DNA of 64,000 nt from Candidatus Krumholzibacteriia bacterium (GTDB lineage Bacteria; Krumholzibacteriota; Krumholzibacteriia; JAJRXK01). The stretch covers positions 160,001 to 224,000 of the forward strand of contig JBGPIA010000004.1 in the NCBI GenBank assembly GCA_041484665.1. The letters run 5' to 3'. Below, piece by piece: positions 18,748 to 29,602 of the stretch; the first letter of the stretch is position 1, and every line of letters starts with the position of its first letter. A program made the translations under genes and the position numbers. The notes beneath the pieces are model-generated. The model was not told where the DNA came from. It searched no databases and worked only from the letters and a program-made list of their open reading frames with translations.

Positions 18748-21700
18748 CTAGGCCCCGGCCTTGCGCGGCCCGTACGGAGGAGCGCTCTGCCATCCGGGGT
18801 CGCTCCCACCGCCGGCGCCTCCCGCCGCACCAGCGGCGGTGAGCCCCGTGCCCAAGGCGTAGGCGGCCAGTCCCGCGGCGACGCCAGCGGGGATCGGCTC
18901 GCTGGCAGTCCGGGGCGCGTGCGCACGGATCTGCGTGAAGCGCGCCAGCAGCGAGTAGACCACGGGCACCAGCACCAGCGTCAGGAACGTCGAGAAGATC
19001 ATCCCGCCCACCACGGCGATCCCCAGCGGCTGGCGCGCCTCGCCGCCCGCGCCCAGACCCAGGGCGATGGGCAGCACGCCGAACACAGTCGCGAACGACG
19101 TCATCAGGATGGGCCGCAGCCGGATGATCCCCGCCTGGGCGATGGCCTCCAGCGTGGGCAGCCCGCGCCCGCGCAGCTGGTTGGCGTACTCCACGAGCAG
19201 GATTGCGTTCTTGGTGACGAGGCCGACCAGCATGATCAGCCCGATCTGCGAGTAGATGTTCAGGGTCTGGTGGAACAGCCAGAGTGATACCAGCGCTCCG
19301 ACCACGGCCAGCGGCACGGACAGCAGAATAGTGAATGGATGCACGAAGCTCTCGAATTGCGCCGCCAGCACCAGGAAGATAAACACCACGGCCAGCACGA
19401 ACATCAGGTACAGCTTGCCGCTGGAGTCGCGGTACTCGCGCGACTGCCCCGCGAGATCGTGGCGTACGCCCTGCGGCAGATCGCTGTGGGCGATCGCGTC
19501 GAGGTCGACCAGCGCCTTGCCCAGCGGCGCCCCCGGCGCCAGGTTCGCGGTGATCTTCGCGGAGCGGACGCGGTTGTAGTGGTTGAGCTCCTTGGGCGCC
19601 ACGCTCTCGTTCACCTTCACAACGTTGGCGAGCTGGACCAGCCCGCCGGTCCCCCGCAGGTAGATCCCCTCGATCACGTCGGGCGTCGCACGGTTGGAGG
19701 ACGTGACCTGGCCGATCACGTCATACTGCTTGGTGCCGCGCTTGAAGTCGCTCATGACGCGGCCGCCCAGCAGCGTCTCCAGCGTGGTGCCGATGTCGGT
19801 CACGGACACTCCCAGCTGCGCCGCGCGCTCGCGGTCGATTCCGATGTCCAGCTGCGGCTTGTTGAGGCGCAGGTCGCTATCGAGATTGATCAGGTAGCCG
19901 AGCTGGCTGGCCTTGGCCATCATTGCGCCGACGGCCTGGTTGAGGGTCTCGTAGCTATCGGCCTGCAGCACGTACTCCACCTGGCTCGACGAGAAGCTCC
20001 CTCCCAGGCTGGGCGGGTTGATCACGAACGCGAGCACGCCCGGAATCGAGATCAACTGCGGGAACAGGCTGGCAACGATCTCCTGCTGCGTCCGGTGCCG
20101 CTCGCTGCGCGGCTTGAGGCTCACGAACATGATGCCGTTGGTCACGCTGCCAGGGCCCCCGAAGCCGAGGCCGATCGCCGTAAACAGACCATTGCGCTCG
20201 GGCAAGGGCAGGATGCGCGACTCCACGGCGCGCATGTAGCGGTCGGTGTACTCCAGGGTCGCGCCTTCTGGCGCGAGCACGACCCCGAACGCCGTCCCGC
20301 GGTCCTCCACGGGCACCAGCTCGCGCGGCAGGCTCCGGAAAACCACAACGCTGATCGCGACCAGCACCAGCGCCGCCACGATGACCAGCGGGCGCATGCG
20401 CAGGGCGGAGCGCACCGTGGCCGCGTAGACGCGATCCAGCCGCGCGAAGAACGCATCGAACGAGCGCGCGGCCCAGCCCGTCCCTGCGCCGTGGAGCGGC
20501 CGCAGGAATCGCGAGCACATCATGGGTGACAGCGTCAGTGCCACGAAACCGGAGATGAGCACGGCAACGGCCACCATGATGCCGAACTCACCGAACAGCC
20601 GCCCTACGTTACCGGTGAGGAACGCCACGGGGATGAACACCGCGACCAGCGAGATCGTGGTGGCCACTACCGCGAAGCCGATCTCCTTGGCGCCATCGTA
20701 GGCGGCCTGCAGGCGCGGCTTGCCCATCTCCATGTGGCGGTAGATGTTCTCGAGCATCACGATGGCGTCGTCGACCACCAGGCCGATCGCCAGCACCAAC
20801 GCCAGCAAGGTGAGGATGTTGATGGTGTAGCCCAGGAAGTATCCCACCGCGAACGCCCCGAGCACGGACACCGGGATCGCGACGGCGGGGATGAGCGTGG
20901 CGCGGAGACTCTTCAGGAACGCCAGGATCACCAGCAGCACGAGCGCCACGGCAATGAGCAGCGTCTCGCGCACCTCCTTGATCGATTCCACGATGTAGCT
21001 CGAGGAATCGTACGCGACGTCCAGCTTCATACCCGGCGCCAGGGTCTCGCGCAGCTCGGGCAGGATCTTCTTCACCGCGCCGGCGACGTCCACCGTGCTG
21101 GCCTTGGCCTGCTTCACGATGCCCAGCCCCAATGCGGGCTGGCCGTTGTAGCGCGCGACGGTGCGCTCGTCCTCGGCTCCCACGCGTACGTCGGCCACGT
21201 CCTTGAGCTGGACGCGGTCGTTCGCCGACGCCGACACGATGATCGCCCCGAACTCCTCGGGGGTGGCGAGCTGGCCGCGCGTGCGCACGGAGAACTCGCG
21301 CTCGGTCCCCTCGACGCGCCCGCCGGGGATCTCGGCGTTGGCGGAGCGGATCGCCCGCTCGATGTCCTGCGTCGTGAGACCGTGGGAGGCCATGCGCAGC
21401 GGGTCCAGCCAGACGCGCATGGCGTAGCGGCGTTCGGCGCCGATGATCACCGAGCCGACCCCGGGCAGGCGCTGGATGCGCTCCTTGAGCACCTGCTCGG
21501 CGAGGTCGGTCAGCTCGAGGGGGCTATGCTGACTGCTGGAGAGCGCCAGCCAGAGGATGGCCTGTGCATTGGCGTCCACCTTGGACACCACCGGATCGTC
21601 GGACTCGCGCGGGAGCTGCCCGCGCACGCGCGATACGCGGTCGCGCACGTCGTTGGACGCCTCGTCCACCGCGCGGGAGAGCTCGAACTCGATGGTGATG

Positions 21701-21969
21701 ACCGAGCCCTGCTCGCGGCTGGAGGAAGTCATGGTCTTGACGCCCTCCAGCGTGGCAAACTGCTCTTCGAGCACGTCGGTGATCTCGGTCTCGACCACGC
21801 TGGCGCTGGCACCGCGGTAGAAGGTCGTCACCGAGACGATGGGCGGATCGATGTCTGGGTATTCGCGCACGGGCAGACGTCCCAGCGCGATCACTCCGAA
21901 CAGGATGATCACCAGGCTCATCACCGTGGCGAGTACGGGGCGCTGGATGCTCAGCTCGCTGAGCTTCAT
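18748..21969 (-). CDS. RND efflux permease (AcrB/MdtC family)
   Basis: SIQRPVLATV, LAIGLVVDDAIVMLENI, GLVTKNAILLVEYANQ, RLRPILMT. Confidence 0.96.
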   Translation of the reverse strand: MKLSELSIQRPVLATVMSLVIILFGVIALGRLPVREYPDIDPPIVSVTTFYRGASASVVETEITDVLEEQFATLEGVKTMTSSSREQGSVITIEFELSRAVDEASNDVRDRVSRVRGQLPRESDDPVVSKVDANAQAILWLALSSSQHSPLELTDLAEQVLKERIQRLPGVGSVIIGAERRYAMRVWLDPLRMASHGLTTQDIERAIRSANAEIPGGRVEGTEREFSVRTRGQLATPEEFGAIIVSASANDRVQLKDVADVRVGAEDERTVARYNGQPALGLGIVKQAKASTVDVAGAVKKILPELRETLAPGMKLDVAYDSSSYIVESIKEVRETLLIAVALVLLVILAFLKSLRATLIPAVAIPVSVLGAFAVGYFLGYTINILTLLALVLAIGLVVDDAIVMLENIYRHMEMGKPRLQAAYDGAKEIGFAVVATTISLVAVFIPVAFLTGNVGRLFGEFGIMVAVAVLISGFVALTLSPMMCSRFLRPLHGAGTGWAARSFDAFFARLDRVYAATVRSALRMRPLVIVAALVLVAISVVVFRSLPRELVPVEDRGTAFGVVLAPEGATLEYTDRYMRAVESRILPLPERNGLFTAIGLGFGGPGSVTNGIMFVSLKPRSERHRTQQEIVASLFPQLISIPGVLAFVINPPSLGGSFSSSQVEYVLQADSYETLNQAVGAMMAKASQLGYLINLDSDLRLNKPQLDIGIDRERAAQLGVSVTDIGTTLETLLGGRVMSDFKRGTKQYDVIGQVTSSNRATPDVIEGIYLRGTGGLVQLANVVKVNESVAPKELNHYNRVRSAKITANLAPGAPLGKALVDLDAIAHSDLPQGVRHDLAGQSREYRDSSGKLYLMFVLAVVFIFLVLAAQFESFVHPFTILLSVPLAVVGALVSLWLFHQTLNIYSQIGLIMLVGLVTKNAILLVEYANQLRGRGLPTLEAIAQAGIIRLRPILMTSFATVFGVLPIALGLGAGGEARQPLGIAVVGGMIFSTFLTLVLVPVVYSLLARFTQIRAHAPRTASEPIPAGVAAGLAAYALGTGLTAAGAAGGAGGGSDPGWQSAPPYGPRKAGA

Positions 21970-23168
21970 CGGGCCGCCTCCCCGCTGTGGGGCTGGCCCT
22001 TTCCGTCGGCCGCCACCGTGCTGTCTTTGGCCGCCGCGCCCCCGGCGCCGGACGGCGCGCCGCCCGCCGGCTGGCTGGTCACCGGGATCACGTGGGCTCC
22101 CTCGAACAGCTTCTGGTGGCCGGCCCGCACCACGCGCATACCAGGTTGCAGCCCGCGCACGACCTCGACCGTGTCCGGCTGGCGCGTGCCGAGCGTGAGC
22201 GGTACGCGCATCACCGTGCTGTCGGGCTTCACGGCGAACACGAACGACTGGTCGCCCTGCACGAACACCGACTCGCTGGGAATGGTCAAGGCGGAGGCCC
22301 GCTCGCTCAGCACGGCCGCCACGTTCGCCGACATCCCGGGCCGCAGCACCTCACCCGGATTCTCCGCGCGCGCCATCACGCGCGCGCTACGCGTCGAGGC
22401 GTCCAGCACCGGCTCGACCACATCGATGCGCCCCTGGAGCTCGACCCCGGGGAAGGCCGTGGTCGTGACGGTCACCAGCGCGCCGCGCTTGAGCTTGGAC
22501 AGGAGCCGCTCGGGGGCGGAGAAGTTCACACGCAGCGTGCGGATCTGGGCCAGATCGGTGATGGCGGTTCCCGAGCGCACGAAGGCGCCGATGCTCACGT
22601 GCCGCGCGCCCAGAATGCCGTCGAACGGCGCCACGATGCGTGTCTTGGAGAGGCGCGCCCGCGCCAGATCCAGGTCGGCCTGCGCCACCTTGAGCGCGGC
22701 CGCCGCGTCGTCGAGATCCTGCGCCGCGCCGGCACCCTGCGCCACGATCGTCTTGGTGCGGTCGTAGGTGACCTGTCGCTGCGCCAGCAGCGCCTCGCTA
22801 CGGTCGACCTCCGCGCGCAGCTGCACGTCGTCCAGCTGCGCAAGCAACCCGCCGCGCTCGACGCGGCCTCCCTCTTGGAACGGCAGACCGACGATCGTTC
22901 CGTCGATCTCCGCGACCACCGTGATGGCCTCGCTGGCGTCGATCGTGCCGACCGCCTCGAAGCGATCGGCGACACGACCCTGCGTGACCTCGGCGATCTC
23001 CACCGGCATGGGAGGCATGGAGAAGCCACCCTTCTGCTGCTGCTTGGCACAGGCGCCTGCTGTGAGCGCCACCGCGAGCACCGCGGCCAGCGCCGCCCGC
23101 CTGCCGCAAAACGGCCGGCACGCGGCGGCTATGCGCGGGGTCTGGATCAGGGCTCGCGCGATCATCAC
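21966..23168 (-). CDS. RND membrane fusion (periplasmic adaptor) protein
   Basis: Lipoprotein-like N-terminus (TAGAC), IVAPFDG, LRPGMSA; overlaps both neighbours. Confidence 0.93.
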   Translation of the reverse strand: MMIARALIQTPRIAAACRPFCGRRAALAAVLAVALTAGACAKQQQKGGFSMPPMPVEIAEVTQGRVADRFEAVGTIDASEAITVVAEIDGTIVGLPFQEGGRVERGGLLAQLDDVQLRAEVDRSEALLAQRQVTYDRTKTIVAQGAGAAQDLDDAAAALKVAQADLDLARARLSKTRIVAPFDGILGARHVSIGAFVRSGTAITDLAQIRTLRVNFSAPERLLSKLKRGALVTVTTTAFPGVELQGRIDVVEPVLDASTRSARVMARAENPGEVLRPGMSANVAAVLSERASALTIPSESVFVQGDQSFVFAVKPDSTVMRVPLTLGTRQPDTVEVVRGLQPGMRVVRAGHQKLFEGAHVIPVTSQPAGGAPSGAGGAAAKDSTVAADGKGQPHSGEAAR

Positions 23169-24793
23169 TGGGCTGCCTCCCCGGGATAGGCGTTGTCGGT
23201 CAACTGGCGCAGGCGCGCCGCGGCCTTGGCCGACCGCACGAGGGCCTGGGAATAACGCTGCTGCGCGGCGGCCGCGTCGGCGCCCAGCCGCACCAGCTCG
23301 AACGCCGTCGTACGACCATTACGGTACTCGATGACGCCGATGCGCGCCCGTTCCAGCGCTGCGTCCGCCCCGTCGTGAGCGGCGGTGAGACGCTGGGTGC
23401 CGTGGAGGAGCTGGCGCTGGACGTCCCGGACGCGATCCTCCAGAGAACGGGCTGCAGCAGTGTAGTGTTGCTCGGCCCGCGCCACCTCCGCGCGCAGGCG
23501 GTCGCGCTCGCCGCCCCGGGCGCGCCGACTCAGCGGTACGGTCAGACTCAAGCCCGCGGTCCAGTTGGGGAAGTCGCGGCCGACGGCCTGGCGGAGGGCG
23601 TCGCCCAGACCGCCGGAGCGGGTGGATGTGAAGCTCTGGTTGCCGAAGGTGACCGTTTGCGGGTCGCCCACGAGCCCCGTCCCCCCCAACGAGCCGAAGA
23701 GATCCAGGTCGGGCCGCGCGTCCCAGGCCGCCGCCCGCTCCCGGGCCCTCGCCGCTGCCACCTCCCGATCCTTCGACTTGAGATCCTGGTTGCGGCGCTG
23801 CGCCCACGCCACCAGCGAATCGGGCGGGGCCACGGGGAACTCCCGTGGTGGGTCGTTGGTGGGGCGGAAGCGCAGGTGCCCGCTCCCCGGACGCTGCCCC
23901 AGGAGCGTGGCGAGGCGGTCGGAAGCGGCGTCCATCTGCTCCTCGCGGTCGAGCATGGCCTGCTCCTGCTCGGCCAGGAACACGCGCGCGCTGGCCACGT
24001 CGCCCGGCCCGACGAGCCCGGCCTGCGCGCGCAGCTGGACTGCCTGCAAGAACGCCTGCGCCTGGTCGCGCACCAGCTGCTGGACTGCGTAATCGCGCTC
24101 GGCCGCGTAGAGGTCCCAGTAGGCCCCCTCCACGTCGGCGGCCACGATCAGCACGGCATCCTGGTAGAGCGCCCGCGACGACTCGTAGCTGCGCTCGGCC
24201 GCGGTCAGCGGGCCGCGCGCCGACGGGCCGAAACCGGCCAAAAGCGGCTGTCGGATGTCCAGACGGGCCGCGCTGTCGTACTCGGGCACCAGCAGCGCGA
24301 AGGAGGAGTTCGTCACCGTGCGCACCGCCTCCAACGAGGCGGAGAGCTGCGTGCCGGTGCGCAGCCGGATCCGCGTCCCACCCGAAGCCATCCGCCCCTT
24401 GGTGGTCAGCACGTCCGCTCCGCCGAAGGGTGACGCCGTGGGCTGGTCGGTACTGCTGGTCTGCGCCTGGCCGAAGAGCTCCGGATCGAAGGTGCCACGT
24501 TCGGTGCGCAGGGTTCCCAGCGCAGAGGCCAGGTCGGCCTGCGCCTCGCGCGCCGCCGTGGATCCGCGCAGCGCCTGCTCCAAGGCCTGCTGCAGCGACA
24601 GTGGCGTACCCTGGATCTGGCCCAGCGCCTGCGCGAGCAGACTGTCCGGATTTGCTGCGCCCAGCAGGGGGGTGGCGTCCGCCCACGCGTCGACGTCGGG
24701 CGCCAGGAGCATGATTCCAGACAGAAAGACGCCGATGGCGCGGGCAAGCCGCGCCTGGCAGCGAAGCCGCAAGTGCGGTCCACGAACGAACAT
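23165..24793 (-). CDS. TolC-family outer membrane efflux protein
   Basis: LSLQQALEQAL, IRQPLLAGFG, AYWDLYAA, YRNGRTTAFEL. Start set at the ATG at 24793 after GGAGGG. Confidence 0.9.
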   Translation of the reverse strand: MFVRGPHLRLRCQARLARAIGVFLSGIMLLAPDVDAWADATPLLGAANPDSLLAQALGQIQGTPLSLQQALEQALRGSTAAREAQADLASALGTLRTERGTFDPELFGQAQTSSTDQPTASPFGGADVLTTKGRMASGGTRIRLRTGTQLSASLEAVRTVTNSSFALLVPEYDSAARLDIRQPLLAGFGPSARGPLTAAERSYESSRALYQDAVLIVAADVEGAYWDLYAAERDYAVQQLVRDQAQAFLQAVQLRAQAGLVGPGDVASARVFLAEQEQAMLDREEQMDAASDRLATLLGQRPGSGHLRFRPTNDPPREFPVAPPDSLVAWAQRRNQDLKSKDREVAAARARERAAAWDARPDLDLFGSLGGTGLVGDPQTVTFGNQSFTSTRSGGLGDALRQAVGRDFPNWTAGLSLTVPLSRRARGGERDRLRAEVARAEQHYTAAARSLEDRVRDVQRQLLHGTQRLTAAHDGADAALERARIGVIEYRNGRTTAFELVRLGADAAAAQQRYSQALVRSAKAAARLRQLTDNAYPGEAAQ

Positions 24794-25167
24794 CCGTCCA
24801 CCCTCCGGGTCGACATCAGGGAAGGAGAAAGATAACACGATCGCCCCCACATCACATCTGGGGATCTTGACGGCTCGGGGCCATCTGGCGCATCGGTTGA
24901 AGGACACCGGATGGAACGACCTCGTCGGCCGGCGCGTGCGCACGCTGCTGAACCAGGCACTGTCTGCGTGGCGTGGCGCTGGGTGGCGAAACGGGCGCGA
25001 TGACGCGGGCAGGCCGGTGGGGTCTGGCCGGCCCCCGTTGTGCTGCGGGCAGGGACCTCCCCCCTCGTGGGGAGGGTCGCCCTCCCGCGGCGGGCGGGGG
25101 AAGGCCGCTGGGGCGGCCGGTTCGCTGGCAGTCGCAACGTGGGGGCGGTCCCCCCCGCACGCGGCGG

Positions 25168-27552
25168 TTAGCTGCGGACCGGCTGCTCCACAAAGCGAAG
25201 GATCGCCCGGTACTGACTGCGCCCGTCGAGACCCGCCTCTTCCAGGACCATCTGCGCTTGGCCGCTGCCGAGGAAGTGCCCTTTCTGGAAGGGGTGCAAC
25301 GTTGCGGCACGACCGCGCTCGCCGGTGACCCAGCGCAGCATGGTCGGCAGGGTGAAGCCCGTGATTCCCATCGCGGCGCACGCTCGCTGTGGCGAATAGA
25401 TGCGCTCCTGCTCACGAGCCGGCAGTGCGTCGAACAGCTCCGCGCTGGCGACGTAGTAGACATCGAGATCCACACCGTCGGCCAGCAGCAGGGGCAGCGC
25501 CCGCTGCACGAACGCGTAGGCGACCTCGCTGCCCTGCAGCACGACGGTCCCGTCGGCGCGGCCGCGCACGGCGCGCAGTCGATACAGGCCCTGGGCCGCC
25601 GCCGGCGGCGGCGCCAGGCCCAGCTGCTCGCGGTCGAGCACGGGCTCGTTGGGCCGCGTCACGAACAGCGCGATGACGGCGGGGCGCTTCACCAGAGCCG
25701 CGCACAACAGCGGCCAGAGCTCCTGGGGATCCCACGGCGTGAGCGTGATGCACACGCCGGGCGGGAAGTTCTCCTGCAGGAGCTGCAGCGGCTGCGGATC
25801 GGCGTGGGTCGGTCCGTCCTCGCCTGTCTTCAGCCCGGCGTGCGCGCAAGCCAGGATCAGCGGCCGGAAGGGCTGCGGCGAGATCGCCAGGCGCGCCTGG
25901 CTGCCGATGCCGTGCAGGCGCGCCGCGATATGCGCCAGCGGCGCGAGGAACGCCGCGTACGACGACGCCAGTCCGATGTGGTGGCCGTAGCTCGACAACC
26001 CCGCCAGGAGGCCCGCCATGGCGTCCTCGCAGATTCCGCCCACGGAGAGCAAGCGCCCGCCCGGGTTGCCCGCCGCGTTCCAGTAGCCCTGCGGGAAGCC
26101 CTCGGCGCCGACGTTGACGCTCGTGGAACCGAGCAGGTCGGCGGATGCGATGAGGAATGCGCCGCCGCTTTCGCGATTGAGCCGCGCGATGGCGCGGCCG
26201 AGCTCCTGGCGCAGCGTGGTGGAGGCGCCGGGTTTCAGCGCCAGATCCGCGGGGATGCTGCTGCCTTCCGTGCGCGCCATGGCGTAGACTGCATCCACGT
26301 GGGGCGCCTGCGCGCGCGGGGCGCGCGCGTGGCGCGTGAGGCGTGTGCGGGCCTGCTCGAGGCGGTCCGCGAAGTAGTCGACCATTGGCCGGCGCGCTGC
26401 GAGCTCGTCGCGGATCACCTGCAACGCGTCCCAGAAGCACAGCTCCATCACCGTCGCGCCGCCCTCACCCTCGCATCGCTTGTGGTTCGGATCGCAGCAG
26501 GTGGGCAGCGTAGCCTGACGGCTCTCCACCAACGGTTGCAACGCCTCGTGGAACTCCGTCGAGCAGAGCTTGTGTCCCGCTCCGTGCGAGGCCTTTCCCT
26601 CGATGCCGTAGCGCCAGCCCTTCACGGTGCGGTACACGATGGCCGTCGGCTGGCCCGTCTCCAGAGCCAGCGCCCGGCGCTGCGCCGCGAGGATCTGCTG
26701 GAAGCTCATCCCCTGCTCCACGAGGATCACGTTCCAGTCGTGCAGATAGGCGAGCTCCGCGGGGTTCCACTGCACGTAGTCACCGGGCTTGCGGTCCTCG
26801 CGGCACACGCGATTGCTGTCGATGGAGGCCTGGTTCCAGTCGACGTGCAGCAGCGCGTTCGACAGGCTCGCGGTCCCGGCGGCAGCGAGCGCCTCGCTGA
26901 CGCGGCCCGGCGTGAGCCCACCCTCGCCCTCCACGATGTGCACACGTGGCGCGCCCTCGCCGTAGAAATCGCTTGCGCCCAAGGCCAGCCCCAACGAGGA
27001 CGCGACGCCCACGCCCGAGGCGCCGGTGGCGAGCTTCACGAACGGCGTGGCCGGCGTGGGGTGACCGTCGAGGGCCTTGGCGCGCAGCTGTGTGAACAAC
27101 GGCGTGCGCGCGACCGGATTGCGGCGGAAGCCCAGCAGGTCCTCCAGGCGTAGCTGCAGGCGCTCGTCCTCGGGCAACCGGTAGGGGGCGGCGATGCGCA
27201 CGATCTCGTTGCGGAGCGCCCACATGGCGTACAGCCCCATCGCCTTGTGCCCCGCCGCGTACGAGATCAGGTCGGCGTCAGCACGGTCCGGATCGCTGAA
27301 GTCGTAGTCGAGGACGTCGAAGAGGATGCCGGCGACGAAGCGGCCCGACGAGATGGAGCCGCCGGGATGCCCCGACATGGGAACGTAGTTGTAGAGCATC
27401 GTGCACAGCGACCGGTAGACGAGGTCGAGCTCCTCGTAGCAGGCGACCTCGTGCGCGCTGAGCGGACTCTGTGCGCCCAGCGGTCCCCCGTCGCCGATCT
27501 CACGCGCGATGTCGATGTATACGCCGCGCCGCGGCGCAAGCTGCAACGCCAT
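25168..27552 (-). CDS. Divergent transketolase-like TPP enzyme
   Basis: SGHPGGSIS, AGHKA, LDGHPTP, SADLLGST, GICEDAM, GEDGPTH. GGAGG RBS before the ATG at 27552. Confidence 0.85.
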   Translation of the reverse strand: MALQLAPRRGVYIDIAREIGDGGPLGAQSPLSAHEVACYEELDLVYRSLCTMLYNYVPMSGHPGGSISSGRFVAGILFDVLDYDFSDPDRADADLISYAAGHKAMGLYAMWALRNEIVRIAAPYRLPEDERLQLRLEDLLGFRRNPVARTPLFTQLRAKALDGHPTPATPFVKLATGASGVGVASSLGLALGASDFYGEGAPRVHIVEGEGGLTPGRVSEALAAAGTASLSNALLHVDWNQASIDSNRVCREDRKPGDYVQWNPAELAYLHDWNVILVEQGMSFQQILAAQRRALALETGQPTAIVYRTVKGWRYGIEGKASHGAGHKLCSTEFHEALQPLVESRQATLPTCCDPNHKRCEGEGGATVMELCFWDALQVIRDELAARRPMVDYFADRLEQARTRLTRHARAPRAQAPHVDAVYAMARTEGSSIPADLALKPGASTTLRQELGRAIARLNRESGGAFLIASADLLGSTSVNVGAEGFPQGYWNAAGNPGGRLLSVGGICEDAMAGLLAGLSSYGHHIGLASSYAAFLAPLAHIAARLHGIGSQARLAISPQPFRPLILACAHAGLKTGEDGPTHADPQPLQLLQENFPPGVCITLTPWDPQELWPLLCAALVKRPAVIALFVTRPNEPVLDREQLGLAPPPAAAQGLYRLRAVRGRADGTVVLQGSEVAYAFVQRALPLLLADGVDLDVYYVASAELFDALPAREQERIYSPQRACAAMGITGFTLPTMLRWVTGERGRAATLHPFQKGHFLGSGQAQMVLEEAGLDGRSQYRAILRFVEQPVRS

Positions 27553-27772
27553 GGCCTCCCCTTTCCCCCCGGGTTGGGCGGCGCCATCGGCCGGCCCAGA
27601 CGCTGCCGGAGCCTGGTTGCGATACCGCGAGCCCCGGCACCTCCTGCGCGACGAACGATAGGAAGCCAGCCGGGGGAGCCCAAGGCCGCAGTGGAGCGCG
27701 CGTTGGTGATCCAGAGAACGCGCCAGGGCACCTCCGAGAACGCCCGGGGGCGAACCCGAGAACGCGCGCGCG

Positions 27773-29284
27773 TCATGCCGGGAGTGTGATGGGGCGGCCG
27801 GCGGGCAACGGACGGTGGGCGGCGGGCAACGCGTCGGCTGTGGCAGGGGCAATGAGGCGGCGGCCGGGAGACGACCCTCCACCGAACGGGCTGGCTAGTA
27901 CCGCCGTCGCCGTGGCGGCGGGCCCACCCGCCTGTGCGTACGCCGTCATCCGCTGCGCCAACAGCTCACGCGCGCTCTCGCGGTCGATGGGCTGCGCGTA
28001 CTCCTTGAACTGCGCCGAGGCCGCCAGGCGCTGGGCAAGCTCCGGCCCGGTGAGCGGGCCCATGCGCGTGGCCGGAGGGATCAGGCGCGTCGCGAACGGC
28101 GGGGTGGGGACGCCGTTGGGCGAGAGCACCGTCACCAGCGCTTCTCCAATGCCCAACGTGGTGAGCGTCTGCTCGATGTCGTAGAAATCGGTCCTGGGGA
28201 AGGTGCGGGCCGCGGCCTTGAGCGCCTTTTCATCGTCGGGCGTGAACGCGCGCAGCGCGTGCTGAACGCGGTGGCCCAGCTGCCCAAGCACCGTGGCCGG
28301 GATGTCCTTGGGGCTCTGCGTCACGAAGAAGATGCCGACGCCTTTGCTGCGGATCAGGCGCACGACCTGCTCCACCTGCGTCAGGAATGCCTCGCTCGCG
28401 CCGTTGAACAGCAGATGCGCCTCGTCGAGGAAGAACACCAGCCTGGGCTTGTCCACGTCGCCCACCTCGGGCAGCTCGTGGTAGAGGCGCGCCAGCATCC
28501 ACATCATGAACGTGGAGAACAGCGCGGGCTTGTCCTGCATGTCCGTCAGCTCGAGTACGCTCACGACGCCGCGCCCGTCACGCTCGGTCTGGAGCAGGTC
28601 GGCCAGGTTGAACTCCGGCTCGCCGAAGAAGGCCTGCGCGCCCTGCTGCTCCAACTCCACCATCTCGCGCAGCAGCATGCCGACGGTGGCCTTGGACATG
28701 CCGCCGTAATCCTTCAGGTCGGACGCCCCGTCCCCCGTGAGGTATTGCAGCACCGCCAGCAGGTCGGAGAAGTCCAGGAGCGCCAGCTTGCGATCGTCGC
28801 AGTACTTGAACACCAGGGTCAGGACGCTGGGCTGCGTCGCGTTGAGACCGCGCACCTTGGACAAGAGCAGCGGCCCGAACGACGAGACCGTTGCGCGCAG
28901 CTGGGCGCCGCGCTCGCCGGTGAGGCTGAGGAACTCCACGGGACACGGCATCCCATTCTTGGCGAAGCCGGTCTCCTTCGCGCGCTGGGTGACGCGTTCG
29001 CTCGCCTCACCCGCTGCGCCGATCCCCGAGACATCGCCCTTGACGTCAGCCAGGAACACCGGCACGCCGGCCGCGGAGAGCTGCTCGGCAATGAGCTGCA
29101 GCGATTTCGTCTTGCCCGTACCCGTCGCGCCCGCGATCAGGCCGTGGCGATTGAGCATCGACAGAGGCACGCGCACCAATGGCTCGGGGTGGCACTCGCC
29201 GGCGCGCACGGGAGCACCCAGCACGATCGACGGCGGGCCGGCGGGGAACGCCGCGCGCGCGGCGTCGAGGAACTTGAGATCCAT
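27773..29284 (-). CDS. DUF853/YjgR-family HerA-like P-loop ATPase
   Basis: NRHGLIAGATGTGKT, ADVKGDVSG, VFFLDEAHLLF, RLIRSKGVGIFFVTQ, RVQHALRAFTP. Confidence 0.92.
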   Translation of the reverse strand: MDLKFLDAARAAFPAGPPSIVLGAPVRAGECHPEPLVRVPLSMLNRHGLIAGATGTGKTKSLQLIAEQLSAAGVPVFLADVKGDVSGIGAAGEASERVTQRAKETGFAKNGMPCPVEFLSLTGERGAQLRATVSSFGPLLLSKVRGLNATQPSVLTLVFKYCDDRKLALLDFSDLLAVLQYLTGDGASDLKDYGGMSKATVGMLLREMVELEQQGAQAFFGEPEFNLADLLQTERDGRGVVSVLELTDMQDKPALFSTFMMWMLARLYHELPEVGDVDKPRLVFFLDEAHLLFNGASEAFLTQVEQVVRLIRSKGVGIFFVTQSPKDIPATVLGQLGHRVQHALRAFTPDDEKALKAAARTFPRTDFYDIEQTLTTLGIGEALVTVLSPNGVPTPPFATRLIPPATRMGPLTGPELAQRLAASAQFKEYAQPIDRESARELLAQRMTAYAQAGGPAATATAVLASPFGGGSSPGRRLIAPATADALPAAHRPLPAGRPITLPA

Positions 29285-29333
29285 AGGGGCGGTGACCTCC
29301 GTCGGATCAGTGCGATGGCGGCCCGCTTCGGAC

Positions 29334-29363
29334 TCTGGGGGCGTCTGGGGGCGTCTGGGGGCG
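29334..29363. repeat. 10-bp tandem repeat x3 (TCTGGGGGCG), intergenic
   Basis: Read directly between the DUF853 start and the glgB stop. Confidence 0.75.
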
Positions 29364-29602
29364 CTGCGGGCAAAGCCGGCGCGATGGGCAGGCAGGCGAT
29401 GCCGCCATCTGCCATCGCGCCCGGCAACGCGGGCGCTTCCGCAGTCCAGCAGCCGTCAGCCCCCTGCCCAATCTCGACGGCAAATCGCGTCGGACAGGAC
29501 CTCGCAGCCAAGACTACGCTCCTCCCTACACCGGCGCCACCGCCGTGGCCAGCAAGCCCGGGCAGGGCCGTCGCCCTTCCAGGCACGGCCGCAGGCTCGC
29601 GC

